From Candidatus Methanomethylicia archaeon (GTDB lineage Archaea > Thermoproteota > Methanomethylicia > CALHIW01): DNA of 64,000 nt. Below the pieces are notes generated by a model. It had not been told where the DNA came from and ran no database searches. It saw only the letters and a program-made list of their open reading frames with translations. Shown here piece after piece: positions 9,758 to 19,169 of this stretch (the first letter of the stretch is position 1; every line of letters starts with the position of its first letter). The position numbers were made by a program, and so were the translations under genes. The stretch lies in NCBI GenBank assembly GCA_038845975.1, contig JAWBQF010000010.1:4195-68194 (forward strand). The letters are read 5' to 3'.

Positions 9758-10726
9758 ATGAAGGAAGTTCTAGTTATAGCTGAGCATAGAGAAGGAGAAC
9801 TGAGAAGTTCCTGCCTTGAAACTATATCGAAAGCCCACGAGGTCGCAGGTAAGGGGGGATTAGAGGTTACATCGGTAATCATAGGTTCAAACATTAAGCC
9901 ATTAGCAGAAAAACTACGGGAATATGTTGGTAGGGTTTATCTAGCTGAAAATCCTGAAATTAAGTATTATGATTTTGAAACTTACAAGCACATAGTATCT
10001 AAGCTTATAAGAGAAGTTAAGCCATTAATGGTTTTAATGGGTCATACATCATACGGTATGGACTTAATGCCCGGCTTATCATCCTATCTAAATCTACCCC
10101 TGGTAACAGACTGTATAGATATTGAATTAAATAATGGAAGATTTAATGCTATTAGACAGGCATATGGTGGTAGAGTTAATGTGAAAGTAAGCCTAAAACC
10201 ATCAGAAACATATCTAGCAACGCTTAGAGCTGGAATATTCCAGCCAGCTAAACCAATTCAAACTAAGGGAGAAATAGTTGAAGTTGGTACCCCACCATTA
10301 GAGCTAAAAGTTAAACATCTTGAAGTAATTAAGCCAGAAATTGAAGATATAGATATTTCAAAGGCAGATATTGTTATAGGAGTTGGATTAGGTATAGGAG
10401 CTAAAGAGAAAATACCTGTTGTTGAAGAACTTGCTAAAACGCTTGGAGGAGTTTTAGGATGTTCAAGACCAATAGTTGATAGGGGATGGCTACCACAAAC
10501 TAGACAAATAGGATTTTCAGGCAAATCTATTAAGCCGAAAATATACATTGCTGTAGGAATTAGCGGAGCTGCGAATCATGTAGCTGGGATTAAGGGGGCT
10601 AAAACAATAGTAGCAATAAACAAAGATCCTGGAGCACCAATATTTAATGTTTCGGATTACGGTATTGTTGGAGATTTATTCCAAGTTATACCAATATTTA
10701 TACAGGAATTGAAAAAATTTAAGTAA
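9758..10726 (+). CDS. etfA: Electron transfer flavoprotein alpha subunit
   Basis: 322 aa. C-terminal FAD-binding region is IYIAVGISGAANHVAGIKGAKTIVAINKDPGAPIF. There is a 4-nt gap after etfB. Confidence 0.85.
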   Translation: MKEVLVIAEHREGELRSSCLETISKAHEVAGKGGLEVTSVIIGSNIKPLAEKLREYVGRVYLAENPEIKYYDFETYKHIVSKLIREVKPLMVLMGHTSYGMDLMPGLSSYLNLPLVTDCIDIELNNGRFNAIRQAYGGRVNVKVSLKPSETYLATLRAGIFQPAKPIQTKGEIVEVGTPPLELKVKHLEVIKPEIEDIDISKADIVIGVGLGIGAKEKIPVVEELAKTLGGVLGCSRPIVDRGWLPQTRQIGFSGKSIKPKIYIAVGISGAANHVAGIKGAKTIVAINKDPGAPIFNVSDYGIVGDLFQVIPIFIQELKKFK

Positions 10727-11311
10727 TTATTTAAGAATAAAACTCATTTTTTCATATGCTCTTTTATTTATATTCTCATGAATATTAGCACCATAAGAAT
10801 CAATAACTACAGTTAGAGGACCGAAGTTTTCAACTTCAAGTATCCATAATGCTTCAGGCATTCCTAAATCAAGCCATTCAACGCCTTTAACCTTTATAAT
10901 AGATTGAGCTGCAAGAACAGCAGCACCGCCAGTAAATTCAGTATATACTGCACCATAGGCTTTACAGGCTTCAGCTGTTTTAAAGCCCATACCTCCCTTA
11001 CCAACAATCATTCTAACTCCAAGAGCTCTTATTACATCATATTCGTAAAGCTCCATTCTAGTACTTGTTGTTGGTCCAGCAGCTATAACAATCCACTCCT
11101 CATTAACCTTCTTAACTATTGGCCCGCAGTGATATATAGCCATTCCTCTAAAATCTACAGGCAATGCACCACCCTTACTGACTATTTCAAGAATTCTCCT
11201 ATGAGCTTGATCTCTGGCTGTATATATAGTACCTGAAAGATATACTATATCGCCAATTCTAAGAGTTCGAACATCAGATTCTGAAAGAGGAGTTTTAAGC
11301 TTGTACTCCAC
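10727..11311 (-). CDS. Class I (Fe-S) fumarate hydratase, beta subunit
   Basis: 194 aa Fe-S hydro-lyase C-terminal domain (GTIYTARDQAH, GPTTS.RME, GKGG). It is paired with the alpha subunit. Confidence 0.8.
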   Translation of the reverse strand: MEYKLKTPLSESDVRTLRIGDIVYLSGTIYTARDQAHRRILEIVSKGGALPVDFRGMAIYHCGPIVKKVNEEWIVIAAGPTTSTRMELYEYDVIRALGVRMIVGKGGMGFKTAEACKAYGAVYTEFTGGAAVLAAQSIIKVKGVEWLDLGMPEALWILEVENFGPLTVVIDSYGANIHENINKRAYEKMSFILK

Positions 11312-11317
11312 TATAAA

Positions 11318-12193
11318 TCACCCTAACACCTTATAAGTTCCATTACTATACACTACTGCAGAAGCTCTTCTTGCAGCCCAACAGTTAAAAGCTATAGCAA
11401 CGGGAAGACTTGCTACATGTCTATGAGCATACTCAATATTGACACCAAGAACTGTTGTTCTACCTCCTAAACCCATAGGCCCAATACCAGTTTCATTCAA
11501 TAGATTATAAAGCTCCATTTCCATTTCTGCTATCTGAGGCTCTGGGCTTCTCTTATTTAATGGACGTAGTAATGCTTTCTTAGCTAAAACCATAGATATA
11601 TCAGCACCACCGCCAATACCAACACCTACAATTGTAGGGGGGCAAGGCATACCGTTAGCTTCAAGAACTGAATTAATAATGAATTTTTTCACACCCTCAA
11701 TTCCATCAGCAGGTGTTAACATCTTAAACTTACAAACATTCTCCGACCCTCCACCTTTAGGCATAACTGTAAGTTCTAGTGAATCACCATCAACAATGCT
11801 CCAGTGAATATATGGTATGAAATGCCCAGTATTATCACCTGAGTTTTTATTTGTAAATGGATGAACAGCATTAGGTCTTAAAGGTACTTTACTAGTTGCT
11901 ATACGTGTAGCATTAATAATTGATTCTTCAATATACTTAATACCTGGAAATGAAGCACCAACCTTAGCAAAGAAGATTATAGTGCCAGTATCTTGACATA
12001 CTGGTGCCTCAATGCTTTCTGCAAGCTTAACATTATCAAGAATAGCCTTAAGTTGAGCTTTAGCTATATCGCTAACCTCATTATCATAAGCTGTTTTCAA
12101 AGCATTTTTAACATCATCTGGCAAGTATATAACAGCTTTTCTAATAATTTCAATACAGACATTTTCAATAACTTTAGGATCAATCATTTCCAT
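11318..12193 (-). CDS. Class I (Fe-S) fumarate hydratase, alpha subunit
   Basis: 291 aa with PVCQDTGT, MPKGGGSEN and the CPP..VGVGIGG Fe-S hydro-lyase alpha motifs. Confidence 0.8.
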   Translation of the reverse strand: MEMIDPKVIENVCIEIIRKAVIYLPDDVKNALKTAYDNEVSDIAKAQLKAILDNVKLAESIEAPVCQDTGTIIFFAKVGASFPGIKYIEESIINATRIATSKVPLRPNAVHPFTNKNSGDNTGHFIPYIHWSIVDGDSLELTVMPKGGGSENVCKFKMLTPADGIEGVKKFIINSVLEANGMPCPPTIVGVGIGGGADISMVLAKKALLRPLNKRSPEPQIAEMEMELYNLLNETGIGPMGLGGRTTVLGVNIEYAHRHVASLPVAIAFNCWAARRASAVVYSNGTYKVLG

Positions 12194-12386
12194 CCATAGC
12201 TAAATTGGAAAGATTCTTAAAAGCTTTTTCACATCATGAAAGATTCTGTGAGCTTTAAATATGGAAGATGTGCATAGTTAATAGCTTAAGTTTACAAGGG
12301 CATTGAAACCGCAGACAAACTCTATAACTGCTAGATATGTAGGCTATTAGCTATATATGATGTTTATGGAAATTAAGCTTTAACAC

Positions 12387-13751
12387 TTATTGAACCATAC
12401 TATTTTTAAGTTCACTACTTACTCTTATAAGGATATTTACAGCTTCTCTTGCATTTTCGGCAAAAACAACTATCATAGGCTCCTTACCTATATCTCCAGT
12501 ATGGTATATAACGTCTGGTACAGATCCATATTTAGATATTGCCTGCTCAACACCCCAGGGAATTGTAGCTCCCTCAATATCCTTAATTTCTTTAGGTTCA
12601 AGTTTCCTATTGTATGATGATACTTTAAGACCTAAACTATTAAGAGCTTTTAAAACTTCAGGATCATACTTAATATTCAATGCAGCCCTTAAATCGACAT
12701 TGTACTCCATAATTTTTAAAATATATCTTGCTAGATGTGATGATGCACCAAACTTAACGCATTCAGGAATTCTAACACCATCAATCGACTTTACAATTCT
12801 TCCAGGAACTGCAGCTACATCATTTATATCTGTAGCATATGGTATTGCCATAGCAATATTCATTCCAACCTCAGGTATAAAATACTCCAAGTTACGTATA
12901 TGTCTTAATAGCTTTAGAGCTTCCTCAACTTCTCTGATAATATGATGTCTTGAGGATTCACGATATAACATCACCATGGGATTTACTGGTCCATATCCTC
13001 TACCAATATTTAAACCATATTTCACAGCTAATACTACAAGTTCTTTAGCTTTTCTTACTGAATCTATTATACTTAAGCCCTTAGCAATTCCAGCAGCTAT
13101 AGCTGCTGAAAAAATGCAACCTGTTCCATGTGTTGTTTTAGACTCTATACGTGGTGATGAAAGAATTTCAACTTTTCCCTCATGTACTAAAACATCAGGA
13201 GACTCCTTATCCTTAAGATGACCTCCCTTAACAACAACCGCCTTAACACCATACTCACATATTTTTCTAGCAGCCTTAATCATATCATTAACACTTTTAA
13301 TTTCAAATCCGGAAAGAAATTCAGCTTCAGATATGTTTGGTGTTAAAACAGTCGTGAGTGGTAAGAGCTCTTTAACCATAGATTTTATGGCATCCTCTCT
13401 TAGAAGCTGAGCACCGCTCTTAGAAATCATTACTGGATCAACAACAACTGGGAAGCCATATCTTCTAACTCTACTAGACACTACATTAACGATTTCCTGT
13501 GAATAAAGCATACCTGTTTTAGCAGCATCTATTCCAAGATCTTCAGCAACAGCGTCAATCTGTTTACCAACAAAATCTGCAGGTATATTGAAAATTCCGG
13601 TGACAGAAAAGGTATTTTGAGCTGTAACAGCTGTTAATGCAACTACTCCATGAACGTTTAAAGCGGCGAAAACCTTTAAATCAGCTTCAATACCAGCACC
13701 ACCACAGGAATCGCTACCGGCAATAGTTAGTACAATAGGTATTTTAGCCAT
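12387..13751 (-). CDS. thiDN: Bifunctional hydroxymethylpyrimidine/phosphomethylpyrimidine kinase ThiD fused to ThiN thiamine-phosphate synthase domain
   Basis: N-terminal ThiD motifs are TIAGSDSCGGAGIEADLK, DPVM and GTGC. About 180 extra C-terminal residues are typical of the archaeal ThiDN fusion. Confidence 0.8.
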   Translation of the reverse strand: MAKIPIVLTIAGSDSCGGAGIEADLKVFAALNVHGVVALTAVTAQNTFSVTGIFNIPADFVGKQIDAVAEDLGIDAAKTGMLYSQEIVNVVSSRVRRYGFPVVVDPVMISKSGAQLLREDAIKSMVKELLPLTTVLTPNISEAEFLSGFEIKSVNDMIKAARKICEYGVKAVVVKGGHLKDKESPDVLVHEGKVEILSSPRIESKTTHGTGCIFSAAIAAGIAKGLSIIDSVRKAKELVVLAVKYGLNIGRGYGPVNPMVMLYRESSRHHIIREVEEALKLLRHIRNLEYFIPEVGMNIAMAIPYATDINDVAAVPGRIVKSIDGVRIPECVKFGASSHLARYILKIMEYNVDLRAALNIKYDPEVLKALNSLGLKVSSYNRKLEPKEIKDIEGATIPWGVEQAISKYGSVPDVIYHTGDIGKEPMIVVFAENAREAVNILIRVSSELKNSMVQ

Positions 13752-14123
13752 AGATACATAGGTTAATCTAGATATTTAAACTTAGTTAAAATAACTGTTA
13801 ACAGAATGATTTAGGTAAGCTTAGAATATACAATTTCCTTCAGCATTAAAAATAACTACATTAACGCTATGTAGCTCCAGCTTAACTTTAACTCTAATGT
13901 TTACAGATAATTAACTACTAGTTTTTATAGCTTAGAAGATTGTTTACAAGTAGTAGAATGGAGATTCCTACTTAATTATTTACCTAAGTATATTTCCTGA
14001 AATTAACATCATCTAACATTCTCTCTAACACTAGATCCATATTCCTTAGCTATTAATAAGGTTTAGATAAATAACATTCAATAATTCATCCTGAAACTAA
14101 GCTTTCAACTTATTACTGGATCA

Positions 14124-15107
14124 TTAATCATCTTCTTCAACGATTTTCCTAGATGTTACTGTTTCCCCGATAATCCATCCAAACTCCTCTCTTAATATTA
14201 AAATTGATGCTTGAGGGGGAATTACACCTTTCTCAGTAATTAATAAATCAATATATTCTGGAGGAGTAACATCAAAAACAGGATTTTTAACTTTAACATT
14301 TATATTCTCTCTTAGAAAGGAATTATCTACCACCTCTAATGGTGATCTCTCCTCAATTTCTATAAGCTCACCAAGTATTGTTTCTGGACTGAATTTGTAT
14401 GTTTCAGCAGCTACGAAGAATCTTACTCTTGCCTCATGAGCTGCTAAAGCTATTAAAGATGTACCGATCTTATTAACAACAGCTCCATTAGCAGCAACAG
14501 CATCAGCACCTACAATAACCTTATCTATATCCTTCATAAAGTGTCTTACAGCTGAATCGATAATTAAGGTAACCTTAACACCAATACTACTAAGTGTCTT
14601 TGCTGTTAAATATCCTTGAAATCTAGGTCTTGTCTCAGTAACATAGACTTCTATTTTCTTACCATGTTTATAGGCTGTTTTAATAACTGATATTGCAGCT
14701 GAGCTATTACAATGTGTTAAAAGTACATCACCATCCTTAATTCTTCTAGCTCCAAGCTCACCAATCACATCAAGTGCTTTAAGTGAATTCTCTATAAATA
14801 AATTAGCTGATGTTATAGTAATATCCTTAAGAATTTTTAACTCAATACCTTTCCTATAGGCCTCCATAACCCTATACGTAATGAATCTAATACTATTTGG
14901 TAATGAGACGGCTGTAGGTCTTGTATTTAGTAGGATTTTTGAAACCTCATTCAACCCATCCATATAATCATCAACATTCCTAGCAGTTGAAGACTCTGCA
15001 AATATAATGAATGCTTTAGCAGCTGATCTAGCTATTTCAGTTGCACCTCTTATTCTCATAGTTCTTATATCATCAGCTATTCTTAAAATCTCATTAGAAT
15101 ACTTCAT
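14124..15107 (-). CDS. Ribose-1,5-bisphosphate isomerase (eIF-2B subunit 2-like, e2b2 family)
   Basis: Collinear with remembered Thermococcus TK0185: RGA..IARSAA, TRPTAVSLPN, THCNS, VTETRP..QG, NKIGT, AAETYKF, FDVTPPEYI, REEFGW. Confidence 0.75.
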   Translation of the reverse strand: MKYSNEILRIADDIRTMRIRGATEIARSAAKAFIIFAESSTARNVDDYMDGLNEVSKILLNTRPTAVSLPNSIRFITYRVMEAYRKGIELKILKDITITSANLFIENSLKALDVIGELGARRIKDGDVLLTHCNSSAAISVIKTAYKHGKKIEVYVTETRPRFQGYLTAKTLSSIGVKVTLIIDSAVRHFMKDIDKVIVGADAVAANGAVVNKIGTSLIALAAHEARVRFFVAAETYKFSPETILGELIEIEERSPLEVVDNSFLRENINVKVKNPVFDVTPPEYIDLLITEKGVIPPQASILILREEFGWIIGETVTSRKIVEEDD

Positions 15108-15993
15108 TAAACATCCTCCTTAGAAACTCAGCAATAACTGATTTAACTGAAACATAGCTTACCGGGCTTGGAACAGTATCAGTTCCAATAACAGCTTCAG
15201 CACCAGCTTCTAATATTTTCGATAATGCTTGATTAACAAGAATTGGATGTGTACATGCTGTAATGATTTTTCTAGCACCATAACTCCTTAATGCTTTAAT
15301 AGCTTCAACCATAGTCACACCAGTACTTATAATATCGTCAACTAAAATTACATCCTTACCATCAACATTAAGTCTTTTAGGCTTAACAGTAACTCTGTGA
15401 GAATCGTATCTAATCTTTTCCAGAACATCATATTCAATATTTGCTCTTTTAGCAGCTATTTCAGCCCATTGCTTAGACTCTTCATCAGGTCCAATAACAA
15501 TGGGAAACTCAGGCTTAAAACTTAGCATTACATAATCCATGAGAAGCCCCATTGCTGATAAATTATAAACAGGAATTTTAAATAGTTCTGATGGATTACT
15601 AATTCTATGAAGATGCATATCTATGGTAACTATGGAGTCAATATTTAAACTTTTAAAAATGGAGGCAATAGTTTTAATACTTAATGCTTCACCAGGTTTA
15701 AATCTATCATCCTGACGAGTATAGGCAAAATACGGTATAACAGCTATAATCTTACTTGCACCGAGATCTCTTACTAAATCAGAAAGTAATATAAACTCCA
15801 TAAGGTAATCATTAGGTTTTAAAGCAAAACTTTGAAATATAGCTACAGGCTTACCTGAAACATCACCATTAATCCTTACATAAACTTCACCGTCAGGAAA
15901 AACTTTATATTCACTAGGAACTATTGGAGTACTAATTAGCTTTGATACATTTACTGCGAGATATCTACATGAAGATCCGGATACTATTAGCAT
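15094..15993 (-). CDS. prs: Ribose-phosphate pyrophosphokinase (PRPP synthase)
   Basis: 299 aa with the PRPP-binding loop VILVDDIISTGVT and YFAYTRQDR-like YFAYTRQDDRF. It overlaps the downstream isomerase by 14 nt. Confidence 0.85.
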   Translation of the reverse strand: MLIVSGSSCRYLAVNVSKLISTPIVPSEYKVFPDGEVYVRINGDVSGKPVAIFQSFALKPNDYLMEFILLSDLVRDLGASKIIAVIPYFAYTRQDDRFKPGEALSIKTIASIFKSLNIDSIVTIDMHLHRISNPSELFKIPVYNLSAMGLLMDYVMLSFKPEFPIVIGPDEESKQWAEIAAKRANIEYDVLEKIRYDSHRVTVKPKRLNVDGKDVILVDDIISTGVTMVEAIKALRSYGARKIITACTHPILVNQALSKILEAGAEAVIGTDTVPSPVSYVSVKSVIAEFLRRMFNEVF

Positions 15994-16125
15994 AAAGATC
16001 TACCTAAACTAAGTACTTAAATATTATTGTAACTAGTGTATAGCCTGCCGTTCGAATATTAAGACAAGATTTACACTCTTTAAGGAAGCTAATAATTCTA
16101 GTTACCCATAGAATAGAAGTGTAGA

Positions 16126-16181
16126 ATGATGATGTACTTTTCGCTTGAAGCATGAGCTATGAGGAGCAGTAGAGCAGCTGA
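16126..16181 (+). ncRNA. Candidate C/D-box sRNA
   Basis: Layout is ATGATGA (C), 12 nt, TTGA (D'), 10 nt, ATGAGGA (C'), 12 nt, CTGA (D). Total 56 nt in an ORF-free intergenic tract. No terminal stem is seen and the D'/C' boxes are degenerate. Confidence 0.35.
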
Positions 16182-16741
16182 TGAAGTGCTAATCCATAAG
16201 CTATAACTAGAAGTGGAAAATTCCAGGCCTTGGAGGCGCTAACAATATCAATTCGTAACATTCATAGTTTAACTATCTCTAGACTCTCCTAAATTATAGA
16301 TTTAAGACTTAATAGTTAAAATAATCTATAGATTTGTTTCTAGAAATACTAAGTAGAACTTCATTTCTTCTACAGGTCCTAAGCTTACAAACTGCAGATT
16401 AAGCCAAAGAACTTAGAATGTAGAATCACTATAGAGGTAAATTTAAAACTTTATTATTCTTCCAATAATCTTTGATTGTTAACTTTAGGGATATTTTTAA
16501 GGGTAGTTTCATAATAAATGTTGATGAGCATAATAGTTAAGATAGGACAAGAATTTGAAAACAAATTAAAGCCATGTAGATTAAGTATCTATAAAACCTA
16601 TAAGTATCTACTTGTAAGCGGGGAAGTAGGGATCTGAGAAGACTAATGAGAAAGTTGAAAAGTGAAAATGTAGAGTTTGAAGTAATTATACAATCTCCTT
16701 AACAAGTTAAGTTTTTATATTTTAAATAACTAAATTAATAG

Positions 16742-17464
16742 GTGCACATTTTGAGAAAGGTAGAAAGCATACAGTTTAGAATTTCAGTTGTTGATTGTTT
16801 AAAAAGACTTAAAACAATGTATTCTTACAGTAAACTTGAGGAGATAACGGGAATACCTAAAACTTTACTATGCAGATACATTAAGGGCGACGTTCTTCCA
16901 AGCGAGAAATCAGCTCGTGAACTATTAAGATCCCTGAGAAAATATGATGATGTTGGAATGCTTATTAAAAGTAGACTTAGAATAAATGAGGATGGACTAT
17001 TTGACCTAAGCAGTATTGCCTATGATATTTCAATATTAAGAAGAGCATCTCAAGAAGCATTTATAAAGTTTTCAGATAAGGGGGTAACAAAAGTTTTAAC
17101 AGCAGCGATTGACGGTATACCACTTGCAACCTCAATAGCAACGATGCTGAACGTACCAATAGCAGTAGCAAAAACCCATAAGGATCCGTCAACAGATAGC
17201 TTCATAGAGGAAAGCTATGTTCTTGTAAGCCCTACTATGAGGATTACATTATATCTACCACGAAGATTAATTAAAAGGGAAGATAGGGTTCTTATAGTTG
17301 ATGACGTTATTAGAACAGGAAGAACAGTTTCAAAACTTATTAGAATGGTTGATAAATGCAAAGCAAGCGTTGTGGGTATATTTGTTCTGATAGCTGTAGG
17401 AAAAGCTTGGAAGGAAACGTTTTCAAGTTTTGAATCACCAGTTGCCATTCTATATGAGATATAG
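16742..17464 (+). CDS. HTH plus phosphoribosyltransferase-domain regulator (PyrE-like/GfcR-like architecture)
   Basis: N-terminal HTH (YSKLEEITGIPKTLLCRYIKG). C-terminal PRT motif is VLIVDDVIRTGRT. Confidence 0.65.
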   Translation: MHILRKVESIQFRISVVDCLKRLKTMYSYSKLEEITGIPKTLLCRYIKGDVLPSEKSARELLRSLRKYDDVGMLIKSRLRINEDGLFDLSSIAYDISILRRASQEAFIKFSDKGVTKVLTAAIDGIPLATSIATMLNVPIAVAKTHKDPSTDSFIEESYVLVSPTMRITLYLPRRLIKREDRVLIVDDVIRTGRTVSKLIRMVDKCKASVVGIFVLIAVGKAWKETFSSFESPVAILYEI

Positions 17465-17471
17465 CATTACC

Positions 17472-17521
17472 AGACGTGGCAACTTAGCATATTGTAGCTT
17501 TCTTCTTAAGTTGCCAGGCCC
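17472..17521. mobile_element. 50-bp mini-MITE (GGCAACTTA termini) with 8-bp target duplication
   Basis: AGACGTGGCAACTTA...TAAGTTGCCAGGCCC is flanked by direct GCATTACC at 17464-17471 and 17522-17529. It is the reverse complement of the 28923-28973 copy. Confidence 0.75.
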
Positions 17522-18093
17522 GCATTACCTATAATAATATTCAATAATGGGAATACATTATTTAATCAGATGGTTTACTATGTAGAGTATTAAAGATTTC
17601 AAACTTAGTATAGATTCACATAAAGCATTAAGATAAGCATTTCTCAGAAATATGCTATACCCTATAGAAGTTTTACTTCTTCTATTACTTTAAGTTTTAG
17701 AATTTCCATCAGCAGTAAAACAATGGTTTCTTTTAACCTCAGATAAGTTCTCTAGAGGAATGCCTAAAGGGATGTTAATGTAGAGCTAGCTAAATAAATA
17801 CTTAAAAATGGCTCTGTGGCTTAATACTTGTTTCCCATATTTTTATCCATTAAATACTACGATTATAGAATCCATATTAAAATTTCTCGTATTTTATGTA
17901 AATTTAGATCTACGAATTTCAGAATTAAGCTACAAAACGTTAAAATTTTCAAATATGCTTATAGTTATATAGATTTAGGAAGAAATATTTGGCTGCTAGT
18001 TTAATATTTCAGATTAGCTTATACAATCTAACTATTAAAATCTTTAATTAGTAAAAGTATATTTAGAGTAATTCCTAGTATTATAAGGTTAAA

Positions 18094-18507
18094 ATGCCGA
18101 GAAGGCCGAAAACGAGGAAACGTAAATCTGGATATATGTACTTTATAGCTGATGGTATAAGTTCAAGAATGAACATAGAGGAAATTGTAAAGGTAGTGTT
18201 TTCAAAGGGCGAATCATACAGGAGAGCGGCATACATAATACTTGAGGAGGTTAAAAGATTAGCGGCAATGAGTGGAAGAACTACACCAACATATAACATT
18301 ACATCTGATGAAATGTCAGAATTTATTAAAAGAAAGTTTGGAAGAAGACGTAGAAGCTTAGCCTATAAAGTCTTATTCGAATTTCTTATACCTTTAGGAA
18401 TGATGAAGTATAGTCCAGATGAAAAAAGATACTTTTTAAGTAGAGAGTTTGCATTAGCACTTAAAAGAATAGGGGATTCATATCTTCGATGGCTGGAAAC
18501 AGCTTAA
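18094..18507 (+). CDS. Hypothetical basic protein
   Basis: 137 aa ORF with a Lys/Arg-rich N-terminus (MPRRPKTRKRKSG) and no recognised domain. Coding-like composition; the antisense ORF 18081-18299 is rejected. Confidence 0.4.
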   Translation: MPRRPKTRKRKSGYMYFIADGISSRMNIEEIVKVVFSKGESYRRAAYIILEEVKRLAAMSGRTTPTYNITSDEMSEFIKRKFGRRRRSLAYKVLFEFLIPLGMMKYSPDEKRYFLSREFALALKRIGDSYLRWLETA

Positions 18508-18695
18508 ACACTAATTAATGTTTTAAATGAATATTATCAGTTTACTCCATTATATAAATGTATATTTCAGTTAAGCATTTTAAAAGCTGTTAAATAACTA
18601 CGTTAAAAAACATTGACCAAAAAATCAAATTTTTCATTTAAAACTTTCAAACAAGAAATTAAGATATACAGAATACATATATTAGGGATTCTGCG

Positions 18696-18914
18696 ATGCG
18701 AGGGCATTTAGCCTCAAGAAAGAGTAAAAGTATAAAATTTAAATGTAGTAAGTGTGGAAGAAAACTTACAAGAAACGACTTAATTAAATTCAGCTCAAAT
18801 TTAAAACCATTATACTCACTTAATAATGGTGGGGAATATAAACCATTATGTGTTACATGTTATCATGAACTCATAGGCTTATATGTAACTCGACAATTAA
18901 AAACAGCTAAATGA
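18696..18914 (+). CDS. Hypothetical zinc-ribbon protein
   Basis: 72 aa with two Cys pairs, CSKCG and CVTC. Confidence 0.35.
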   Translation: MRGHLASRKSKSIKFKCSKCGRKLTRNDLIKFSSNLKPLYSLNNGGEYKPLCVTCYHELIGLYVTRQLKTAK

Positions 18915-19169
18915 AACTTATTACTTAAATTATTCTATTCTTTTATTTAACCTTAAAACTCTAAGTTAATATATGGTTTAAAAGGGAAAATAAGTAGTAG
19001 ATATGATAGCTGTAAATCGTAATGTAAAGATAAGTTCAGAAAACGGCTTTAAATCATCTTATAGTCTACTCACCTCCTTTTCATCATCCCATATAGAAAT
19101 TAGGGAAAACTTAAAAGCTTTATGTGATTATCATGGTTTAAAACCTTAAATAATACTGGTGGAAAGCTG

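Noticed and set aside
12390-13221. Track ORFs antisense to long genes. Examples: 12390-12617, 12610-12945 and 12976-13221 opposite thiDN. Likewise 1472-1696, 4814-4996, 5132-5383, 7177-7623, 10258-10548, 10904-11236, 25853-26269, 40224-40646, 43908-44309, 45453-45797, 50120-50434, 52481-52768, 53372-53644, 54834-55172 and 61117-61407.
   Set aside because: Each lies entirely within a longer ORF on the other strand that has clear family motifs. Their translations are low-complexity Ser/Ile/Leu-rich mirror frames typical of AT-rich genomes.
13752-14123. TPP riboswitch upstream of thiDN (and at 58847-58899 upstream of thi4)
   Set aside because: I found no CUGAGA / ACCUGAUCUGGAUAAUGCCAGCG-like conserved segments on the relevant strand, and the thi4 leader is only about 50 nt.
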